This document shows positions 58,419 to 64,000 of a DNA stretch of 64,000 nt, piece after piece. The notes beneath the pieces were generated by a model. It did not search any database and had not been told where the DNA came from. It worked only from the letters and a program-made list of their open reading frames with translations. The stretch is taken from NCBI GenBank assembly GCA_963677925.2, contig CAXXYH010000003.1, forward strand, positions 704,001 through 768,000, read 5' to 3'. How positions within the stretch are numbered: position 1 is the first letter of the stretch; each line of letters starts with the position of its first letter. The DNA comes from Spirochaetia bacterium. GTDB lineage: Bacteria > Spirochaetota > Spirochaetia > UBA9216. The position numbers and the translations under genes were made by a program.

Positions 58419-58434
58419 ATTTTCTACTCCATTG

Positions 58435-59403
58435 TTATAGTTTTTTATGTAACCTTAAAATCTCAATCAGCATATCGTCACGATAGCGGGCAATTTCTTC
58501 GATTGTCCGGCCTTCTGAAGGAGATCTGTTTTCAATTTCTTTGAGCACGCCTTCTTCGGCGATATCCGGCCATTCTTCCGGTTCTGTTGTCCAGCGGGCC
58601 ATTTCTTCAAGCCTTGCTGCATTTGAATCATGCAGAGCAGACATAAGGCTTCTGATACCGCCGACTTTTCCTCCGCCCAGATGCAGGACAAGATTCGGTC
58701 CCATAATTGCCATACGCAGGCCGGGTCCGAATGTGAACGCTTTATCTACGTCCTCAACAGTACATACGCCGTTCATAACCAGATCTGTACATTCTCTGTG
58801 CAGAGCCGCCAGCAGTCTGTTGGCAATAAATCCTGAAACTTCTTTGTGAAGAATAACCGGCTCTTTACCCAGAAGCTTATAAAAGTCATACGCGCATTTA
58901 ACCGTTTGGTTGCTGGTCCGCTCACCCTTCACCACTTCTACTAGAGGAATCAGATGCGGCGGATTAAACGGATGACCGCCGACAACCCTTTCCGGATATT
59001 TCAATCCCTTCTGTATCTCGGTTATAAGAAGACCTGAAGTACTGCTTGCAATTATTGATTCTGGTGAAGTGTACTTCTCGACTTCGGACAGCATTTCTCG
59101 TTTTACTTCATACTTTTCAGGAAACTGTTCCTGAATGAACTGCACGTCTTCTACGGCTTCTTTTATATCTGTCGTGTACCTGACACGCGCCTCAATATCT
59201 GAAACATCAGCATCAGCAAGAATTTCCTTCTGAGCAAGAAAGCTCAGATTACTGTGTATAATTTCCCTTGCTTCCTCGAGCCTGGGTTTCCGCAAATTGA
59301 AAACACAGACATCGTATCCGCGCATTGCGAAATTAGTCGCAAAACTGGAACCCATAAGTACGGAACCAGTGCATGCAACCTTTTTAATATCAGTTGCATT
59401 CAT
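58435..59403 (-). CDS. 3-hydroxyacyl-CoA dehydrogenase family protein of the L-gulonate/L-carnitine dehydrogenase branch
   Basis: 'IASSTSGL', 'GHPFNPPHLIPLVEV', 'GFIANRL', 'GPGLR'; atypical Rossmann loop GSVLMG. Confidence 0.85.
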   Translation of the reverse strand: MNATDIKKVACTGSVLMGSSFATNFAMRGYDVCVFNLRKPRLEEAREIIHSNLSFLAQKEILADADVSDIEARVRYTTDIKEAVEDVQFIQEQFPEKYEVKREMLSEVEKYTSPESIIASSTSGLLITEIQKGLKYPERVVGGHPFNPPHLIPLVEVVKGERTSNQTVKCAYDFYKLLGKEPVILHKEVSGFIANRLLAALHRECTDLVMNGVCTVEDVDKAFTFGPGLRMAIMGPNLVLHLGGGKVGGIRSLMSALHDSNAARLEEMARWTTEPEEWPDIAEEGVLKEIENRSPSEGRTIEEIARYRDDMLIEILRLHKKL

Positions 59404-59663
59404 GAAATTTATTCCTGAATTCTATTGTTAATCAAAAAACAGCAAACCAGTCCCTTTTCTTAAAGACAAAGCGTGAACCGATATTGTTGTTTCATGTTGA
59501 GATTATTATATGTGATAGTTTTTTTGACGGCTACTTTCAATATTGTACTTTCAGCCTTCAAATTTATATGGCGGTATGTTTAAAAATAGTTATTAAGATT
59601 AATATTGTTGTGTTCAGTGTTATTCTGTTAACATTAAAAATATCAGATCAGAGAGGTATAAAA

Positions 59664-61703
59664 ATGATATCAAAACTTTATTCAAAGGCAAATATCGGAA
59701 AAGCAGAAATTAAAAACCGTATTATAATGACCGCTATGCATACCGCTCTGACTTCAGACGGATTTATTAATGATTCAGTAATGGAATATTTTAGACTACG
59801 GGCACGCGGCGGAGCAGGATTGATTATAGTCGGAGCGACAGGTATGGATCCGGTAAGAGTAAATACTCATAACATGGTTCAGCTGTATAATGATAAATTC
59901 ATACCCGGCATTTCTGAACTTTCATCAATGATTCATGATGAGGGAGCAAGCTGCTTTGTACAGCTTTACCATCCTGGAAGATACGGCCGCTCGGCTGAAT
60001 ATAACGGAGTTGCAGGTGTTGCTCCCTCAGCCGTACCCAGCAGATTCACAGGTGAAACCCCAACTGAATTGAGCACTGCAGAGGTGGAAGAAGTTATCAG
60101 CTGGTATGCTGCTTCAGCATCAAGAGCAAAAAAAGCCGGTTTTGACGGCATTGAAATAACTGCGGCTTCAGGCTACCTGCCGGCGCAGTTCCTTTCCGCT
60201 GTTACAAATCTAAGAGAAGACAGATTCGGCGGCGACCCGGAACAGCGGATGACTTTTGTACTGGAACTTGCAGAGGCCGTCAGAAAGGAAGTTGGGCCGA
60301 ACTTCCCCCTTATGTTCAGAGTAGGCGGAAATGACTTTATCCCTCACGGAAATGAAAATGGTGATGTGATTAAAGTATGCCGGGCACTCGAGAAAAAAGG
60401 TGTTGATGCATTTAACATGACCGGAGGCTGGCATGAAACCTCGGTTCCCCAGCTTACAATGGATCTGCCACACGGGACATTCGCATACCTCGGAAGAAGG
60501 ATTAAGGAAGCTGTATCAGTGCCTGTTTCTATATGCAACAGGATGAATCCGGAAACAGCAGAGAGACTGGTGGACGAAGGCGATGCTGATTTTATAGGAT
60601 TCGCGAGAAGCTTCCTCGCCGATCCTTATTTCCCGAAAAAAGCTCAATCAGGACACTATAATAAAATAAGACGATGCATAGGCTGCAACCAGGCCTGTAT
60701 GGATCATATTTTCTACGGCAAAAAAATCAACTGCGTGCTTAACTACGAAGCCGGCAGAGAATCTGTTTTTAGATCGAATGTCGAACTGAAAACTGACAAA
60801 GCCGCTGATGCAAAAGCCGAAAACATCCTGGTTATAGGTGCAGGAGCAGCAGGAATGGAATATGCCAGACTGGCGTCAGAGCAGGGACATTCGGTCACGA
60901 TCATTGAAAAGACCGGCAAGCCTGGAGGACAGCTTAATATCGCGGCAAAGACTCCGGGAAGACATGATTTCAGCTACTTTGCCAATTACCTGAATCAGGC
61001 CTGCATTGATAACGGTGTAGAGTTCAGGACCGGGATCGATGCAGATTCTGAATTTATTTTAAAAGCCGTAAAGGATGAAAGTTTTGATCGTGTAGTTATT
61101 GCCGCCGGAAAAAGCCCGGCATTATCTAAAATTAAAACAGATGAAAGTATTCCCGTCCTGCACTGCCTTGACCTTGATCAGAAACGTCCGCTTATAGGAA
61201 AAAATGTTGTTATAAACGGAGTTGACGGACAGGCAATCTGGACAGCCCTGACACTGGCACAGGCCGGTATCCTAAACGCCGAACAGCTGAAGTTTCTAAT
61301 CACATCACGGGCTGAAGATCCGGGGTGGCTTTATGAGCTGGCAACCTCAACATCAAGGAATATTACCCTTGTCGGAAAACAGCCGAAAGCCGGAGGCGAC
61401 ATAGGACCGAGCACGAGATGGTCGATACTTATGACACTTAAAAAAATCGGTATAAAAATAATGTGTTCAGCTGAGATCTCAGAGATATCCGCTGGCCGGG
61501 TTAAAATGCAGACAACTGAAGGTTTAGTTGAAATACCTGCCGATTCAGTTGTGGATGCCTCAGGCTTTGTAAAGAACGACAGTCTGTTTTCTGAACTTCA
61601 GGGAAGGATTGAAAAGCTTGAAATTATCGGGGATGCATCAGCTGCCGGGAATCTGGCAACAGCTGTTAAAACAGCATACACTGCCGCCTCTGAGCGGCAC
61701 TGA
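59664..61703 (+). CDS. 2,4-dienoyl-CoA reductase (FadH)-like flavo-Fe-S enzyme
   Basis: 'KNRIIM', 'QLYHPGRY', 'SGYL..QF', 'GGWHE', 'CIGCNQAC...C', 'GPSTRW'. GAGG RBS before ATG 59664. Confidence 0.85.
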   Translation: MISKLYSKANIGKAEIKNRIIMTAMHTALTSDGFINDSVMEYFRLRARGGAGLIIVGATGMDPVRVNTHNMVQLYNDKFIPGISELSSMIHDEGASCFVQLYHPGRYGRSAEYNGVAGVAPSAVPSRFTGETPTELSTAEVEEVISWYAASASRAKKAGFDGIEITAASGYLPAQFLSAVTNLREDRFGGDPEQRMTFVLELAEAVRKEVGPNFPLMFRVGGNDFIPHGNENGDVIKVCRALEKKGVDAFNMTGGWHETSVPQLTMDLPHGTFAYLGRRIKEAVSVPVSICNRMNPETAERLVDEGDADFIGFARSFLADPYFPKKAQSGHYNKIRRCIGCNQACMDHIFYGKKINCVLNYEAGRESVFRSNVELKTDKAADAKAENILVIGAGAAGMEYARLASEQGHSVTIIEKTGKPGGQLNIAAKTPGRHDFSYFANYLNQACIDNGVEFRTGIDADSEFILKAVKDESFDRVVIAAGKSPALSKIKTDESIPVLHCLDLDQKRPLIGKNVVINGVDGQAIWTALTLAQAGILNAEQLKFLITSRAEDPGWLYELATSTSRNITLVGKQPKAGGDIGPSTRWSILMTLKKIGIKIMCSAEISEISAGRVKMQTTEGLVEIPADSVVDASGFVKNDSLFSELQGRIEKLEIIGDASAAGNLATAVKTAYTAASERH

Positions 61704-61719
61704 TGAATAAGGAAGTTCT

Positions 61720-62130
61720 ATGCCGATAAAAAACGACCCGTACTTTCATGTAATGAAGGTATTTCTAAACCGTTGGAAACCGCTCATCATCAAAGCTATG
61801 GATTTTGATAAATCAACCAGATTCAACCGCTTTACCCGGCAGCTTCCTATTTCACACAAAGTGCTTACTGCCAATCTTAGGGAACTTGAGCAAGACGGAA
61901 TAATTGAACGTGTCGCTTTCCACGAAACTCCGCCCAGAGTTGAGTACAAGCTCACAGAAACCGGAATAACAATCATACCAATCCTTGAGACCCTGTATGA
62001 CTGGGGATGGAACGATATGAAAAGAAAGGGGCTTCAGATAGACCCCTTAGGGGAAATGTGGCATGGCTACCGAGAACCTGACATTTCGGCAATGGATGCA
62101 CCCTTTAAAAAGGATAAAAAGACAAAATAG
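61720..62130 (+). CDS. HxlR family winged-helix regulator
   Basis: 'RWKPLII...RFN...ISHKVLT.NLRELE.DGII.R....PPRVEY.LT'. Confidence 0.9.
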   Translation: MPIKNDPYFHVMKVFLNRWKPLIIKAMDFDKSTRFNRFTRQLPISHKVLTANLRELEQDGIIERVAFHETPPRVEYKLTETGITIIPILETLYDWGWNDMKRKGLQIDPLGEMWHGYREPDISAMDAPFKKDKKTK

Positions 62131-62153
62131 ATCCGCTGATTCAAAAATCAAAA

Positions 62154-62201
62154 GTTACCAAAAAGTGCGTTCTTCACAAGCTTATACACTGATGCTACAA
62201 T
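62154..62201 (+). promoter_or_regulatory. Promoter with candidate HxlR-type site for the downstream oxidoreductase
   Basis: GTTACCAAAAAGTGCGTTCTT abuts TTCACA-17 bp-TACAAT (TGn-extended -10). Confidence 0.5.
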
Positions 62202-62230
62202 TTCTGTTAATTCCAAACAGAGGTAAAGAT

Positions 62231-64000
62231 ATGCATAAATACAAAAACATGTTCAGCCCAGTCAAAATAAAAAATACCTATTTCAAAAACAGAGTGCTGG
62301 CATCACCGGTAACTACAAACAGGATTGCTATTGACGGAGCCCCGACACCCGAAGCAATTGATGTTTATGAAACAAGATCACGGGGAGGCTTTGCACAGGT
62401 AACCCTTACAGAAAGTTTTGTTGATTTTGAATTTGCAGCCCGTCATGAGCACGGGCTTGATCTTGTATCCAGCGATATGACCACCTACCACATGGAAGCT
62501 ATAGCTACTCTGACAGAAGCTATTAAGGCTCACGGTGCAGTTGCTTCCATTCAGTTCAACCATGTTGGGAATGTGAATCATCCGGATACCTGCATCGATC
62601 ATCGAAACCCGATCGGACCTTCAGCCTTCACTCGTTTCGACGGCGTTGAGATTGACGCGATGGATGAAGAAATGATGAACAGGGTTGCGGATAATTTTGC
62701 AAATGTCTGCGGCAACGCCAAGGCTCTGGGCTTTGATATGGTTATGCTCCACGGCGGACATGGATGGCTTTTATCACAGTTTACATCTCCCCTGTCAAAC
62801 AAGCGCACCGATGTGTGGGGAGGCTCACTTGAAAACAGGGCCAGGTTTCCTCTTCTTGTTCTTGACCGTGTAAGGAAAGAAGTAGGTGAAGACTTTCTTA
62901 TAGAATATCGTGTTTCAGGCGATGAAAGAGTAGATGGAGGAATGGGGCTTGAAGAGACTGCAGAGTTCTGTAAAATTATTGAGAGCAAAGTAGACCTTAT
63001 CCATGTGACTGCAGGAATATATCATTCCCATGTCGAGACAAAGGCTTTCTCATCAATGTTCGACAAGCACGGATGCAATGTAGATCTTGCAGCTGCAATT
63101 AAAAAGGCGGTAAATGTTCCGGTTGTCGCAGTCGGAGGCTTCAATGATCCCGAACTCATAGACAGGGTAATAGGTGAAGAACTCTGCGACTTTGTTGCTA
63201 TGGGAAGACAGCAGTTTGCCGACCCTGACTTCGTGAACAAAACCCTTGTCGGTAAAGAAGACGAAATCGCGCCCTGCCAGAGATGCTCCTGTTTCAATCC
63301 CCTTCCCTCTGATCCGGAAGCACGCAACGTAGCTCTTCCGTGGCACTGTACAGTTAACCCATGGTCCGGCAGAGAACTCAGATGGCGACAGGCTCCGGCT
63401 CCAAAAGCCTCAAGAGACGTTCTAGTAATCGGCGGAGGAGTCGGCGGACTGTATGCTGCAATCACTGCTGCAGAAAGAGGTCACAAAGTCACCCTTGCCG
63501 AAAAGAAGAACCGTCTCGGCGGTCATCTCTGGTTTACCGATCTTGAAGAGCATAAAAATGATTTGGCAAGATACAGGGATTCTCTAATTACCAGGGCTGA
63601 GAGATCCGGTGTAAAAATTGAACTCAACACAGAAGCCGATGAATCATATGTAAAATCCAAAGGCCCCTATGCCCTTATATGCGCAGCAGGTTCCGAACCG
63701 GCAGTACCGCCGATTACAGGAATAGAGAACGCTGAACACGCTTTTTATGTATACACCGATCCTGATAAACTTGGTCAAAGGATAACAGTTGTCGGCGGAG
63801 GCCTTGTAGGCTGTGAAACTGCCCTGCATCTTGCAGAGACCGGTCATGAAGTGACAGTTCTTGAAATGCTTGATGATATTGCAAAGGACGGAAACGACAG
63901 TCACCGCCGGGCACTGATTCCCAGGATGGAAAAACTGCTTGAATGGAAATGCAATGTACGAGTATCCGAGATTGAAGCTGACGGGGTAAAATATCTTGAT
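62231..64000 (+). CDS. NADH:flavin oxidoreductase (OYE-like, Fe-S, FAD); runs off the window end and is absent from the ORF track
   Basis: Manual translation: MHKYKNMFSPVKIKNTYFKNRVLASP...GFDMVMLHGGHGWLLSQF...CQRCSC...CTVNP...VIGGGVGG. GAGG RBS. Confidence 0.88.
   Translation, partial: MHKYKNMFSPVKIKNTYFKNRVLASPVTTNRIAIDGAPTPEAIDVYETRSRGGFAQVTLTESFVDFEFAARHEHGLDLVSSDMTTYHMEAIATLTEAIKAHGAVASIQFNHVGNVNHPDTCIDHRNPIGPSAFTRFDGVEIDAMDEEMMNRVADNFANVCGNAKALGFDMVMLHGGHGWLLSQFTSPLSNKRTDVWGGSLENRARFPLLVLDRVRKEVGEDFLIEYRVSGDERVDGGMGLEETAEFCKIIESKVDLIHVTAGIYHSHVETKAFSSMFDKHGCNVDLAAAIKKAVNVPVVAVGGFNDPELIDRVIGEELCDFVAMGRQQFADPDFVNKTLVGKEDEIAPCQRCSCFNPLPSDPEARNVALPWHCTVNPWSGRELRWRQAPAPKASRDVLVIGGGVGGLYAAITAAERGHKVTLAEKKNRLGGHLWFTDLEEHKNDLARYRDSLITRAERSGVKIELNTEADESYVKSKGPYALICAAGSEPAVPPITGIENAEHAFYVYTDPDKLGQRITVVGGGLVGCETALHLAETGHEVTVLEMLDDIAKDGNDSHRRALIPRMEKLLEWKCNVRVSEIEADGVKYLD

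Noticed and set aside
49183-64000. Assigning the region to the bai (bile acid), benzoyl-CoA or phloroglucinol pathway
   Set aside because: Diagnostic genes (CoA ligase and BaiE, benzoyl-CoA reductase, DUF849 cleavage enzyme) are not in the window.
1-64000. CRISPR arrays, tRNA/rRNA, transposases, integrases, phage or defence genes
   Set aside because: I saw no spaced repeat arrays or such coding motifs; intergenic gaps are short and explained by promoters or terminators. The WYL gene has no adjacent defence system.

Overview
Gene-dense chromosomal window from an anaerobic bacterium, most likely a free-living spirochaete (inferred from the 'FASG' solute-binding protein N-terminus, the MCP style and a small spirochaete-type Zn protein). 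I see no rRNA, tRNA, CRISPR array, IS element or phage gene. The left part (1-32 kb) is a patchwork. It holds a WYL regulator, a DNA-repair gene pair, a MerR-activated glycyl-radical enzyme operon (activase, GRE with an atypical G-C-L-D Cys loop, SLC13/MatC-like carrier), efflux and regulator genes, an orphan gatZ/kbaZ, an MTA-salvage operon and a Lol-like envelope export operon. The right part (32-64 kb) is one large anaerobic catabolic region. It holds a sugar-type ABC importer, LysR, AraC and HxlR regulators, three OYE/2,4-dienoyl-CoA-reductase-type flavo-Fe-S enzymes, and a NuoG-GltD fusion with a truncated NuoF-like partner. It also holds a radical SAM-PDZ-DUF512-like protein translationally coupled to a cytoplasmic bis-MGD Mo/W enzyme, and an 11-gene acyl-CoA/beta-oxidation/ptb-buk cluster with no acyl-CoA dehydrogenase or ETF. 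The best candidates for undescribed biology are the GRE operon and the radical SAM-DUF512/Mo-enzyme pair within the catabolic region. All product calls come from motif recognition only; no database searches were run.
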